From an uncultured Acidobacteriota bacterium (lineage in GTDB: Bacteria > Acidobacteriota > Thermoanaerobaculia > Multivoradales > UBA5704), in NCBI GenBank assembly GCA_963700145.1, contig OY969474.1, forward strand, positions 3,776,001 to 3,840,000: 64,000 nt of DNA, written 5' to 3'. Of this stretch, positions 54,937-64,000 are shown piece by piece. Numbering within the stretch: the stretch's first letter is position 1; each line of letters opens with the position of its first letter. The notes under the pieces were generated by a model, which saw only the letters and a list, made by a program, of their open reading frames with translations, made no database searches and was not told the DNA's origin. The position numbers were made by a program, and so were the translations under genes.

Positions 54937-57582
54937 ATGGGAATCGGGGTGGTACTGCTGGTCGCGGTGATCGGCATGGCCCTGGCCTGGGGCGCCCTGC
55001 GCGAGGCGCGCGGCGCCCAGCGGACGATCGCGGAGCTGCGCGCCGAGCTGGCGGCGCTGCGGGCCGAGATCTGGTCGCTCGCCGCGCAGCTCAAGCAGCT
55101 CCGGCTCCGGCAGGGCGCGCCGGCGCGGGAAGCGGAAGCGCCGGCGGAGGCTGACGCCGCCGCGGCGCCCGTTCCGGAGGCCGCCGCGCCCGCACCCTCT
55201 CCTGTGCCACCGGCCGCCGCGCCGGAGCCGCTCGTCCCCGAGGAGCCGACGCCTGCCGCAGTCCCCGAGCCCCTCCTCACCCCGCCGTCTTTTTACCCGC
55301 CGCCACCACCGCCCCGGCCCGCCCCCGCCGTCAGCCTCGAAGAACGCCTCGGCGCCCGCGCCTTCGTCTGGATCGGCGCCATCGCCCTGGCGCTGGCCGG
55401 CGCCTTCCTGGTCAAGTACTCCGTCGACCAGGGCTGGATCGGCCCGGCCGTGCGCTTCGCGCTCGCCGTCCTCTTCGGCGTCGTGCTGCTCGGCGCCGGC
55501 GAGGTGCTGCGGCGCCGCGCCGAGCGCATCGCCTCGGGCCTCTCGGCGGCGGGCGTCGCCGTCCTCTTCGCCGCCTGGCTCGCGGGCACCAACCTCTACG
55601 GCCTGATCTCGCCGGCGCTCGGCTTCGCCTTCATCGGCCTGACCGCTCTCGTCGCCGTCTGGCTGTCGCTGCGGCAGGGGGTCATCGTGGCCCTCGTCGG
55701 GCTGGTCGGCGGCTTCCTCACCCCCGCCTGGATCGGCGCGGCCGAGCCCGATCCGCGGCTCCTCTTCGGTTACCTCCTCTTCCTCCAGCTCGCCCTCCTC
55801 GCCGTCTCCCGCCGCCGGCTCTGGACCGGCGTGCCGGAGCTGGCGCTCGCCGCCGGGCTCGTCTGGGTCTTCGGCTGGGTGGCGGCGGCGTTCGCGCCGG
55901 GTGACGCGCTCTGGCTGGGGCTCTTCCTGCTCGGCATGTTCGTCCTCGGCGTCGTCCTCGGGCGCGACCGCGCCGTGCTGCCGGCCCTGGCCGCGGGAGG
56001 GGGGCTCGTGGCCATGGCGCTGGTCGCCGGGCGCGCCGGCTACGGGCCGCTGGAATGGGGGCTCCTGGCCGTGCTCGCGGCTGCCACGCTGGCGCTCGCC
56101 CGCCGGCGCGAGGAGCTGCAGGGCCTCGCCTGGCTGGCGTGCGCGGCCGTCGCCGGGCTCCTCCTCGTCTGGGGCTGGGACCTGCCGGCCGCGGCGGCGC
56201 CGCGCTTCCTCTGGACGGCGCTCGGGATGGGCGCCCTCTGCGCCGGCGGCGCCTACCTCGCGCACTGGGGCGCCGTGCGCCCCGACCGCTGGACCGGCCT
56301 CGCCACCGCCTCCGGCGTGGCCGTCTTCGTCATCGCCTGGGCCAGCGTGCGCGGGGAGGGGGAGTGGCCGGACCTGCCGTGGGGCGCCCTGGCGCTCGCG
56401 GCCGCCGCGCTCTACCTCGTGGCGGCGCTGCCGGTGGCGCGGCGGCGCGGCGCCGCCGGCGAGGGGACGCCGCTCGACGCGGCGCTCGCCTGGCTGGCCG
56501 TGGGCGTGACCGCCTTCGTCAGCCTCGCCGTGCCGCTCGAGCTCGAGCGGCAGTGGTGGACCGTGGCCTGGGCGCTGGAGGTGCCGGCGCTCGTCTGGCT
56601 CGGGGGACGCTTCGGCCTCTCCGTCCTGCGCCGCCTCGCCGCGGCGCTCGTCGCCGCCGTCGCGGTGCGCCTGCTCCTGAACCCGGACGTTCTGAGCTAC
56701 CCGATCGGCCCGCGCCCCGTCCTCAACTGGCTGCTCTACGGCTACGGGCTCTCGCTCCTGGCGATCGCCGGCGCCGCCGTCCTCGCCCGCCGCGATCCCC
56801 GCTTCGGCCCCGGCCGCTTGGCCACCGGCCTCGAGGCGCTCGCCGTCGCCCTCGCCTTCGCGCTGGTGACGCTCGAGGTGCGGCAGGCCTTCCACCCCGG
56901 AGCGCTCGGCCGGGGCGAGCCGACGCTCGCCGAGTGCGCGACCTATGCCGTCGCCTGGCTGCTCCTCGGTCTCGGGCTCCTGGCGCTCGACCGGCGGTGG
57001 CCGCGCCTGGCGTTGGAGCTCGGCGGCCAGGTCGGAGCGCTCGGCGGCCTGGCGATGGCCCTCTTCGGCTGCGGCCTGCTGCTCAACCCGCTCTGGGAGC
57101 ACGCGCCGATCGGCGACACCCCGGTCGTGAACCTCCTCCTCTGGTGCTACGGCGCGCCGGCCGTCCTCGCGGCGCTCGCCGGCCGCGTGCTCCGCCGCCG
57201 CGGCCCGGCCTGGGCCGCAGTCGCCTGCTCGACCGGCGCGCTCGTCCTCGCTTTCCTCCTCGTCACCCTCGAGGTCACCCAGGCCTTCCACGGCACCTTC
57301 CTCGACGACACGCCGGCGACGGTGGCCGAGAAGTACGCCTACTCGCTGGCCTGGCTGCTCTTCGGCATCGCGCTCCTGGTCCTGGGGATCGCGCGCCGCG
57401 TGCGCGCCCTGCGCTACGCCTCGCTGGCGGTGATGGCCCTGACCGTCGTCAAGGTCTTCCTCTTCGACATGGGGAACCTGACCGACCTCTGGCGTGTCCT
57501 CTCCTTCCTCGGCCTCGGCGTCGCGCTGCTGCTCCTCGCCTTCCTCTACCAGCGCTTCGTCTTCCGCGAGCCGGCGGCGTGA
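54937..57582 (+). CDS. DUF2339 family polytopic membrane protein
   Basis: SLEERLGARAFVWIG, FLVKYS, C-terminal KVFLFDM..L...RVLSFLGLG..LL...FLYQR. Confidence 0.9.
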   Translation: MGIGVVLLVAVIGMALAWGALREARGAQRTIAELRAELAALRAEIWSLAAQLKQLRLRQGAPAREAEAPAEADAAAAPVPEAAAPAPSPVPPAAAPEPLVPEEPTPAAVPEPLLTPPSFYPPPPPPRPAPAVSLEERLGARAFVWIGAIALALAGAFLVKYSVDQGWIGPAVRFALAVLFGVVLLGAGEVLRRRAERIASGLSAAGVAVLFAAWLAGTNLYGLISPALGFAFIGLTALVAVWLSLRQGVIVALVGLVGGFLTPAWIGAAEPDPRLLFGYLLFLQLALLAVSRRRLWTGVPELALAAGLVWVFGWVAAAFAPGDALWLGLFLLGMFVLGVVLGRDRAVLPALAAGGGLVAMALVAGRAGYGPLEWGLLAVLAAATLALARRREELQGLAWLACAAVAGLLLVWGWDLPAAAAPRFLWTALGMGALCAGGAYLAHWGAVRPDRWTGLATASGVAVFVIAWASVRGEGEWPDLPWGALALAAAALYLVAALPVARRRGAAGEGTPLDAALAWLAVGVTAFVSLAVPLELERQWWTVAWALEVPALVWLGGRFGLSVLRRLAAALVAAVAVRLLLNPDVLSYPIGPRPVLNWLLYGYGLSLLAIAGAAVLARRDPRFGPGRLATGLEALAVALAFALVTLEVRQAFHPGALGRGEPTLAECATYAVAWLLLGLGLLALDRRWPRLALELGGQVGALGGLAMALFGCGLLLNPLWEHAPIGDTPVVNLLLWCYGAPAVLAALAGRVLRRRGPAWAAVACSTGALVLAFLLVTLEVTQAFHGTFLDDTPATVAEKYAYSLAWLLFGIALLVLGIARRVRALRYASLAVMALTVVKVFLFDMGNLTDLWRVLSFLGLGVALLLLAFLYQRFVFREPAA

Positions 57583-59480
57583 GAGCGGCGGTCCGGCGCG
57601 CGGCGCCCTGGCTGCTCCTGCTCGCCGCGGCGCGCGCCGCGGCGGCGGCGGACGCGGGCGCCTACCTCTACACGCGCCCGCTCGACGTCCCCGCCGCCGG
57701 GCCGGTGGCGGCGCCGCTCGACCTCGCCACCCTGCGGCACCTCGGCGGCGAGAAGACCGCCGTCTTCGCCTCAGATGGAACTGAGGTGCCGTCGCGGTGG
57801 CAGCACGACTGCTGCCGCGTGCTCGCGGACCTGGTCGAAGCGCGCCGAGAAGGGGAGAGCTGGCGCCTGTTGCTCGACCTCGGGGCGGAGCCGCCGCTCC
57901 ACCAGCAGCTCCACTTCCGGCTCGGGCGCGTGGCTGCGGCCGCGGCGGTGCGTCTCGAGGGGAGCGACGACCGGGTGACCTGGCGCCCGCTGACCGAGGG
58001 CAACCTCTTCCGTCTGGGGAGCGCCGACGAGCTGGAGCGCACCGCTCTCGTGTATGCCCCCAACCGCCACCGCTGGCTGCGGTTGACCTGGCCGGCCGCG
58101 GCGGGCACGCCGGAGCTGCGCCAGATCGAGGTCGTCGGCGCCAGCGGTCCCACTCTCGCCGTGCGCACCGCGCCGCCGGTCTGCCGGCGGGAGGGCACCG
58201 CCGTCGTCTGCGGTGTGCCGGTCCCCTCGAAATACGCGATCGGGCTTCGCTTGCACCTCCGCCTCGCCCCGGCGGCGGCTGGCGCCGGGGGAGGGCGCGT
58301 GGGGTACCGGCTGTTGCGGCCCTCGAGGGGCACATGGGAGCAGGTCCTGGAGGGCACGGCCCGGATCGGCGGAGGTGCGCTCGCCCTACCGCTCCCCACC
58401 GAGTCCCTCTGGGCCGAGTCGCTGCGGCTCGAGCTTTACGGCGCCCCGGCGCCGCCCCGGCCGTCTGAATTGACGCTCGAGCTGGCCCAGCCGGTCGTCG
58501 TCTTCGACGCGCCGCGGGCGGGGCGCTACACGCTGGCCTACGGCGGCGGCACGGAGCCGGCGCCGCCCCGGCCGGCCGTCGAGGCCGCCGGGGCCCTCCG
58601 CGTCGTGCCCGGCCCCGAACGCCGCCAGGCCCCGCCGCCGCTGCCCGCGGCCGCGGCCGCTCCCGGCGAGGCGCTCGACGCGCGGTCGTTCGACACCTCT
58701 TGGCCGGTGCGCGCGCCGCGGGCGAGAGCCGGAGAGGTCGTGCGCCTCGAGCTGCCGCCCGCGATCCTTGCCGTCTCCCGGCGCCGGCTCAACGACCTGC
58801 GCCTCGCCGCCGGCGGGCGCCAGCTTCCCTACGTGCGCCTCGAGCCGGAGACGCCCATCCTCGCGCTGGACCGCCGCGGGCTGCGGCCGCGCCCGGAGCG
58901 CGGCGGCCGGACGAGCCGCGTGGCCTTCGACGTGAACCCCGGGCTGAGCTACAGCGCGCTCGTGCTCACCGCGGCGCCGCCCTTCCGGCGCCCGCTCACG
59001 GTGACGCACCACGCCGCCGGTCGTCCTTACGGCGGCAGCGAGCTCGAGGCGGCGCGCGGCGACTGGGACTGCTCCGCGCAGCCGCCGCTCCCCTGCCACT
59101 GGCAAGACGACATCGGGGTCGGGGAGGGCGTGGACCGCGTCGCCGTCCGCTTCGACGACGGCGACAACCCGCCGCTCCCGCGGGTCGACGCCGCCCTCTG
59201 GCGCGAGCGCCTCCTCCTCGCCTTCGTCTGGCCCGCCGACGGCGAGGTGCGGCTGCTGGCCGGCAACCCGGACCTGGGCCGGCCGCGCTACGACCTCGAG
59301 CCGCTCACGCCGCAGCTCCTGGCGCGCCCCTGGCGGGCGGCGGCGGTGGACGTCGGCGGCGGGACGCACGGCGAGGAGCGCGACCCCGCGTGGCTGCCGC
59401 TCTTGATCCCCGCGGTGCTCGCCCTGGCCGCCGTCGTGCTCGTCGCCATCCTCGCGCAGGTGATCGGCAAGCGGCCCTGA
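57579..59480 (+). CDS. DUF3999-like exported protein with C-terminal TM anchor
   Basis: GTGA overlap with DUF2339; LEGSDD..TW, YTLAYG, DGDNPPL, PRYDL, C-terminal TM. This is the 3' part of ORF 56055..59480. Confidence 0.75.
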   Translation: MRAAVRRAAPWLLLLAAARAAAAADAGAYLYTRPLDVPAAGPVAAPLDLATLRHLGGEKTAVFASDGTEVPSRWQHDCCRVLADLVEARREGESWRLLLDLGAEPPLHQQLHFRLGRVAAAAAVRLEGSDDRVTWRPLTEGNLFRLGSADELERTALVYAPNRHRWLRLTWPAAAGTPELRQIEVVGASGPTLAVRTAPPVCRREGTAVVCGVPVPSKYAIGLRLHLRLAPAAAGAGGGRVGYRLLRPSRGTWEQVLEGTARIGGGALALPLPTESLWAESLRLELYGAPAPPRPSELTLELAQPVVVFDAPRAGRYTLAYGGGTEPAPPRPAVEAAGALRVVPGPERRQAPPPLPAAAAAPGEALDARSFDTSWPVRAPRARAGEVVRLELPPAILAVSRRRLNDLRLAAGGRQLPYVRLEPETPILALDRRGLRPRPERGGRTSRVAFDVNPGLSYSALVLTAAPPFRRPLTVTHHAAGRPYGGSELEAARGDWDCSAQPPLPCHWQDDIGVGEGVDRVAVRFDDGDNPPLPRVDAALWRERLLLAFVWPADGEVRLLAGNPDLGRPRYDLEPLTPQLLARPWRAAAVDVGGGTHGEERDPAWLPLLIPAVLALAAVVLVAILAQVIGKRP

Positions 59481-59483
59481 GCG

Positions 59484-59518
59484 CCGTTCACCGGCCGGCG
59501 ACCACCGTTCGCCGGCCG
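59484..59518 (+). promoter_or_regulatory. LytTR-type direct-repeat binding site
   Basis: CCGTTCACCGGCCG (59484) and CCGTTCGCCGGCCG (59505), 21 bp apart, upstream of the liaF-like/kinase/LytTR operon. Confidence 0.75.
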
Positions 59519-59598
59519 CGCCGCGCCGGGCGGGCCGCGCCGCCGTACCGTGTCTCGCGGGCGGCGATCCCGCCGCCCCGCGAACGGAGACAGAGACG

Positions 59599-60327
59599 AT
59601 GAAAACCGCCGACAGCAACGCCGAGTCCCTCGGCTTCCGCCTCACCCCGCGCCTGGTCCTCGGGCTCTTCGCCCTGGTGGCCGGGTCGCTGCTGATCCTC
59701 GACAACATGGGGGTCCTCCTGGCCTGGGACTACCTGCGCTTCTGGCCCGCCCTGCTGATCCTGGTCGGGCTGATCAAGATGACGCAGCCCGGCAGCGGCC
59801 GTGTCTTCGGCCTGCTGCTCGCCCTGGTCGGCGCCTGGCTCCTGGCCGACGTGCTCGACGTCGCCGAGTTCGACTTCGACTACATCTGGCCGGTGATCCT
59901 GGTGATCGGGGGGCTCAACCTCCTCGTGTCCGAGGTCTTCCGCCGCAGCCGCCGCGAAGGCCCGCCGGAGACCGACGCCGAGATCGACGCCCTCGCTCTC
60001 CTCGGCGGCGTCAAGCGCGCCAGCGCCTCGCAGCGCTTCCGCGGCGGCAGCGCCACCGCCATCATGGGCGGCTGCGAGATCGACCTGCGGAATGCGGCGA
60101 TCGCCGAGGGCGAGACCGCGGTCTTCGACACCTTCGCGATGTGGGGCGGCATCGAGTTCGTGGTGCCCGAGACCTGGGTCGTCGAGCTCAAGGGCTTCCC
60201 GATCATGGGCGCCTTCGAGGACAACACTCGGCAGACGGCCGGCTCGACCCAGCGCCTGGTGATCAAGGGGATGGCGATCATGGGCGGGGTGGAAGTCAAG
60301 AGCGCGCCGCGCCGCGAGGCGGCGTAG
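59599..60327 (+). CDS. LiaF-like membrane protein (DUF5668 TM region plus DUF2154-like domain)
   Basis: FWPALLILVG, IWPVILVIGG, GGCEIDLR, AMWGGIEFVVPETW, IMGGVEVK. Confidence 0.82.
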   Translation: MKTADSNAESLGFRLTPRLVLGLFALVAGSLLILDNMGVLLAWDYLRFWPALLILVGLIKMTQPGSGRVFGLLLALVGAWLLADVLDVAEFDFDYIWPVILVIGGLNLLVSEVFRRSRREGPPETDAEIDALALLGGVKRASASQRFRGGSATAIMGGCEIDLRNAAIAEGETAVFDTFAMWGGIEFVVPETWVVELKGFPIMGAFEDNTRQTAGSTQRLVIKGMAIMGGVEVKSAPRREAA

Positions 60328-60336
60328 GAGCCCGAC

Positions 60337-61422
60337 GTGCACCCGATCCTCGCGCGGCGCGAGCGGGCCGGCCTCTACCTGGCCGGCTGGCTGCCGCTCG
60401 TGCCGCTCGTGGCCCTGCTGTTCGTCTGGGGCGGCGGCCTGCCGTGGGGCTGGGCCGCCGCCCTCGCGTTGCCGCTGGTCCTGCTCTACGCCCAGCTCTG
60501 CCTGGCGGCCTGGTACCCGTGCCGCGCCGTGCCGCTGCGGCAATCCCGCTTCTGGTGGCTGATCGCCGCGCACCTCCTCGGGGCCCTCCTGTCGAGCGGC
60601 CTCTGGGTGCTCCTCGGCTGGACCCTGGCGGCCGTCCTCGCCGGCCTGCCTTACTTCCACGGCCTCGACGAGCGCTTCGCGCCCCTCGCCCTGCCGCTCT
60701 TCGCCCTCGGCGTGCCGCTCTACCTGGTGGCGGTCGCGGTGCACTACCTGATCCTCGCCTTCGAGGCCTCGCGCGAGGCCGAGGCGCGGGCGCTGGCCGC
60801 GCAGGTCGAGGCGCGCGAGGCCGAGCTGCGCGCCCTGCGCGCCCAGCTCGATCCGCACTTCCTCTTCAACAGCCTCAACGCCGTCGCCGCGCTCGCCGGC
60901 TCCGACCCGGCCGGGGCGCGCAAGATGGCGATCCTGCTGGCCGAGTTCCTGCGCGGCAGCCTGAGGCTCTCGGCGCGCCCCAGCGTCCCACTCGCCGAGG
61001 AGCTGGCGCACGCCGCGGCGTACCTGGCGGTCGAGCGCGCCCGCTTCGGCGAGCGGCTGGCGGTCGAGGAGGAGATCGAGGAGGAAGCGCTCGGATGTCT
61101 CGTGCCGGCGCTCATCCTCCAGCCGCTGGTCGAGAACGCCGTCCGCCACGGCGTCGCCCAGCTCCTCGACGGCGGCGTCGTGCGGCTGGCGGCGCGGCGC
61201 GCCGGCGGCCGGCTCCACCTCGCGGTCGAGAACCCCTGCGACCCCGATCGGCGGCCGTCCCGCCGCGGCAGCGGCGAGAGCGTCGGCCTGGCCAACGTCG
61301 CGGCGCGGCTCGCCACCCGCTACGGCGAGGCGGCGCGGCTGGAGGTGCGAGCGGAGGAGGGGCGGTTCCGGGTGGAGCTGGCGCTGCCCGCGGAGGAGGC
61401 GCCCGAAACGCCCGGCACGTAG
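60337..61422 (+). CDS. LytS/YehU-family sensor histidine kinase
   Basis: LRAQLDPHFLFNSLN, LQPLVENAVRHG, VGLANV. Confidence 0.93.
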   Translation: MHPILARRERAGLYLAGWLPLVPLVALLFVWGGGLPWGWAAALALPLVLLYAQLCLAAWYPCRAVPLRQSRFWWLIAAHLLGALLSSGLWVLLGWTLAAVLAGLPYFHGLDERFAPLALPLFALGVPLYLVAVAVHYLILAFEASREAEARALAAQVEAREAELRALRAQLDPHFLFNSLNAVAALAGSDPAGARKMAILLAEFLRGSLRLSARPSVPLAEELAHAAAYLAVERARFGERLAVEEEIEEEALGCLVPALILQPLVENAVRHGVAQLLDGGVVRLAARRAGGRLHLAVENPCDPDRRPSRRGSGESVGLANVAARLATRYGEAARLEVRAEEGRFRVELALPAEEAPETPGT

Positions 61423-61441
61423 GCCGGGCGCTACGGAACTG

Positions 61442-62179
61442 ATGACAACCCTGCGCGTGGTGATCGTCGACGACGAGCCGGGGGCACGCTCGCTCCTCGC
61501 CGAGTACCTGGCCGCGGAGCCGGACGTCGAGCTCGTCGCCGCCTGCGCCAACGGCTTCGAGGCGGTCAAGGCGGTCGGCGAGCTGCGCCCCGACCTCCTC
61601 CTCCTCGACGTCCAGATGCCCAAGCTCGACGGCTTCGAGGTGCTGGAGCTGCTCGAGGCGCCGCCGGCCGTCGTCTTCGTCACCGCCTACGACGAGCACG
61701 CGGTGCGCGCCTTCGAGGTGCACGCCGTCGATTACCTGGTCAAGCCCTTCCCGCCGGAGCGGCTGGCGGCGGCCCTCGACCGGGTGCGCGAGCGGATGGC
61801 GCGCGGCGAGGCGGGCGCGCCGCCGGCCCGCGCCGCGACCGCGGCGCGCGGCCGGCCGCTGGAGCGCCTGGTGGTGCGCGCCGGCGAGCGCATCCACGTC
61901 CTGCCGCTCGACCGCGTCGACTACGTCGAGGCGCGCGACGACGCCGTCCGCATCCGCGCCGGCAAGGAGGACCACTTCAAGCCGCAGACGCTCGCCGACC
62001 TCGAAGCGACCCTGCCGCCGGGCCGCTTCGTCCGCATCCACCGCTCCTACCTGCTCAACCTGGACCGCCTAGCCCGCCTCGAGCGCTACGCCAAGGACAG
62101 CCACCTGGCGATCCTCCAGGACGGCACCCGCCTCCCCGTCAGCCGCGCCGGCTACGCGCGGCTCAAGACGCTCCTGTAA
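61442..62179 (+). CDS. LytTR-family response regulator
   Basis: IVDDE, LDVQMP, FVTAYD, DYLVKP; LytTR motifs FVRIHRSY and LPVSR. Confidence 0.95.
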   Translation: MTTLRVVIVDDEPGARSLLAEYLAAEPDVELVAACANGFEAVKAVGELRPDLLLLDVQMPKLDGFEVLELLEAPPAVVFVTAYDEHAVRAFEVHAVDYLVKPFPPERLAAALDRVRERMARGEAGAPPARAATAARGRPLERLVVRAGERIHVLPLDRVDYVEARDDAVRIRAGKEDHFKPQTLADLEATLPPGRFVRIHRSYLLNLDRLARLERYAKDSHLAILQDGTRLPVSRAGYARLKTLL

Positions 62180-62206
62180 GCCGCCCGGCGCGGACGCCGG
62201 CCCCGA

Positions 62207-64000
62207 TCAATCCCGCGCCAGCCGCGCCGAGATCCCCAGCGTGTAGCTCCTGCCGACCGCCCGGTCGGCGGTCTCGTCCGGCGAGGCGATGTAGCGCTTG
62301 TCGCCGAGGTTGCGGGCGGCGAGGCGCAGCTCGATCCCGTCGCCGATCGTGTAGCCGGCCCCGACGTCGAAGGTCGTGAACCCCGGACGCGCCAGCTCGG
62401 TCGGGCCGGGCTCGTCGTGCTCGAGGAAGGTCGCCGTGCGGCCGTAGACGTAGCCGCGCGGCATCGAGCGCCGCACCGTCACCCAGCCGTTGGGCGCGGA
62501 GATGTCGTCGATCGCGTCGCCGCCGTCGGCCTCGCCGCGGGCCCAGGCGAAGCCGAGGTCGCCGCTCCAGTGCTCGCCGAGCGCCGTCTGCGCCTCCACC
62601 TCGAGGCCCTCGATCGTCGCCTCGCCGCGGTTGCGGAAGAAGAAGCTGTCGCCGTCGGCGAAGCGCTCGATGAGGTCGTCGATGCGGTAGCGGTAGGCGT
62701 AGAAACCGAGGGCGCTGCGGCCGCGGCCGTAGCGCGTCGAGAGGTCGACCTGGAGGCTCGTCTCGGGCGCGAGGGCCGGGTTGCCGGTGACGAAGCCGCG
62801 GCCCGAGGGGCCGCGGAAGTAGCGGTCGGAAAGCGTCGGCGAGCGGAAGCCGCGCGCCACCTGCAGCGTCGTCGTCCAGTGCGCGAGCGGTCCGGCGGTG
62901 AGCGCCAGGTGGCCGGTGACGGCCGAGTCGCTCTCCGCCCGGTCGCCGAAGAAGCCGCCGGTGTTCTCGGTGTCCACGTAGTCGCCGCGCAGCCCGCTGC
63001 CCAGCGAGAGCCAGGTGCCGAGCGGCCGGCTCCAGGTGGCGAAGACGCCGCTGGTGAGCTGGCGGGCGTCCTCGATCGACGGCGTCCGCTGCTCGCGCGT
63101 CACCGTCGTCCGGTCGGCGGCGAAGTCGGTGCGGCCGGTGATCGCCTGCAGGTTGAAGCGGCTGTGAACGTCGATGCCGAGCTGCAGGAAGCCGCCGCCC
63201 AGCCCGCGCCCGGCGACGGTGCGCAGCGCGGCGTCGTCGGCGTCGGTGTCGGCGCGGTCGATGCGCCGGTTCGAGGTCGCGGTCGGCTCGCGGTCGCGGT
63301 CGAGGACGATGTGGTAGCGGCCGGCGAAGAGCGACGCCTCCAGCGCGTCCCAACCGCCGCCCGGCACGCCGATCCAGGAAGCGGTGAGCCGCTCCGAGGT
63401 CTCCTCGGGGTAGACGGCGCGGATCAGCCGCGAGTCGATCGCCGCCTTGCCGAGGTCCTCCGTCGTGTTGCGGGCGAGGCCCAGCCGCAGCCTCCCTTGC
63501 CCCGCGTCGCGGACGTAGCGCACGCCGCCGCCCCAGCCGTCGAACGAGGAGTTGAAGATCTCCTCGCCGCCGCCGGCCTCGGCGTCGTCGGCCTGCCGCG
63601 CGTGCCCCTCGACGAGGACGGCGCCGCGCCCGACGTCGGCCGACGCCGCGAGGTAGCCCGAGCGCTGGTCGAGAGCGCCCGCCGCCCCTTCCAGGCTGGC
63701 GCGCAGCACGAACCGCCCAGGCTCGGGATCGCGCGAGATGGCGTTGAGCACGCCGCCCAGGGCGTCGGAGCCGTAGACGACCGAGCCCGGCCCGCGCAGC
63801 ACCTCGACCGAGGCCAGGCTCGCCGGCTCGATGAAGGTGGCCGAGGGCCCGGCCCGCCGCTCGGCGGTCACCCGCGCGCCGTCGAGCAGGATCAGGGTGC
63901 GCCCGCGGCCGAGGCCGCGCAGCGCCGGCACGCTGTCGGCGCCTTCGCCGAGCTTCGAGGCGCCGGCGACCGACTCCAGCACCTGGTAGAGCCGCTGCGG
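62207..64000 (-). CDS. TonB-dependent receptor (partial, 5' end outside the window)
   Basis: Plug motif VEVLRGPGSVVYGSDALGGVLN; GFRSPTL, GNPALAPE, RNLGDKRY. Confidence 0.93.
   Translation of the reverse strand, partial: PQRLYQVLESVAGASKLGEGADSVPALRGLGRGRTLILLDGARVTAERRAGPSATFIEPASLASVEVLRGPGSVVYGSDALGGVLNAISRDPEPGRFVLRASLEGAAGALDQRSGYLAASADVGRGAVLVEGHARQADDAEAGGGEEIFNSSFDGWGGGVRYVRDAGQGRLRLGLARNTTEDLGKAAIDSRLIRAVYPEETSERLTASWIGVPGGGWDALEASLFAGRYHIVLDRDREPTATSNRRIDRADTDADDAALRTVAGRGLGGGFLQLGIDVHSRFNLQAITGRTDFAADRTTVTREQRTPSIEDARQLTSGVFATWSRPLGTWLSLGSGLRGDYVDTENTGGFFGDRAESDSAVTGHLALTAGPLAHWTTTLQVARGFRSPTLSDRYFRGPSGRGFVTGNPALAPETSLQVDLSTRYGRGRSALGFYAYRYRIDDLIERFADGDSFFFRNRGEATIEGLEVEAQTALGEHWSGDLGFAWARGEADGGDAIDDISAPNGWVTVRRSMPRGYVYGRTATFLEHDEPGPTELARPGFTTFDVGAGYTIGDGIELRLAARNLGDKRYIASPDETADRAVGRSYTLGISARLARD

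Overview
Very GC-rich bacterial chromosomal segment. The gene repertoire (TonB receptor, ELWxxDGT, CSLREA/choice-of-anchor Q and IPTL-CTERM surface proteins) suggests Acidobacteriota, probably Thermoanaerobaculia; this is an inference. It holds about 52 CDS, one initiator tRNA-Met and two type II toxin-antitoxin pairs. No integrase, transposase or cas gene was seen. Housekeeping genes include dprA-topA, eno-ftsB, sucA, purE, acs and selD. Main points: (1) one unnamed ~110-aa C-terminal domain occurs four times on three unrelated secreted proteins and is a candidate lineage-specific sorting or anchoring module; (2) two unrelated intergenic arrays keep an exact 21-bp period (12 units after the tRNA, 26 degenerate units after BrnTA), and a GTAC-palindrome operator array lies on the other side of BrnTA; (3) selD has an in-frame UGA selenocysteine codon plus a SECIS-like hairpin, missed by the ORF track; (4) a PIG-L deacetylase is coupled to two AftB-like GT-C transferases; (5) a radical SAM enzyme has Tes-like motifs; (6) a Sel1 lipoprotein is fused to a secretin N0/STN-like domain; (7) many genes have leaderless-type promoters; (8) 50.6-51.5 kb carries two single-base frameshifts and an odd junction, probably assembly errors. 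Family names come from motif recognition by eye, not from database searches.
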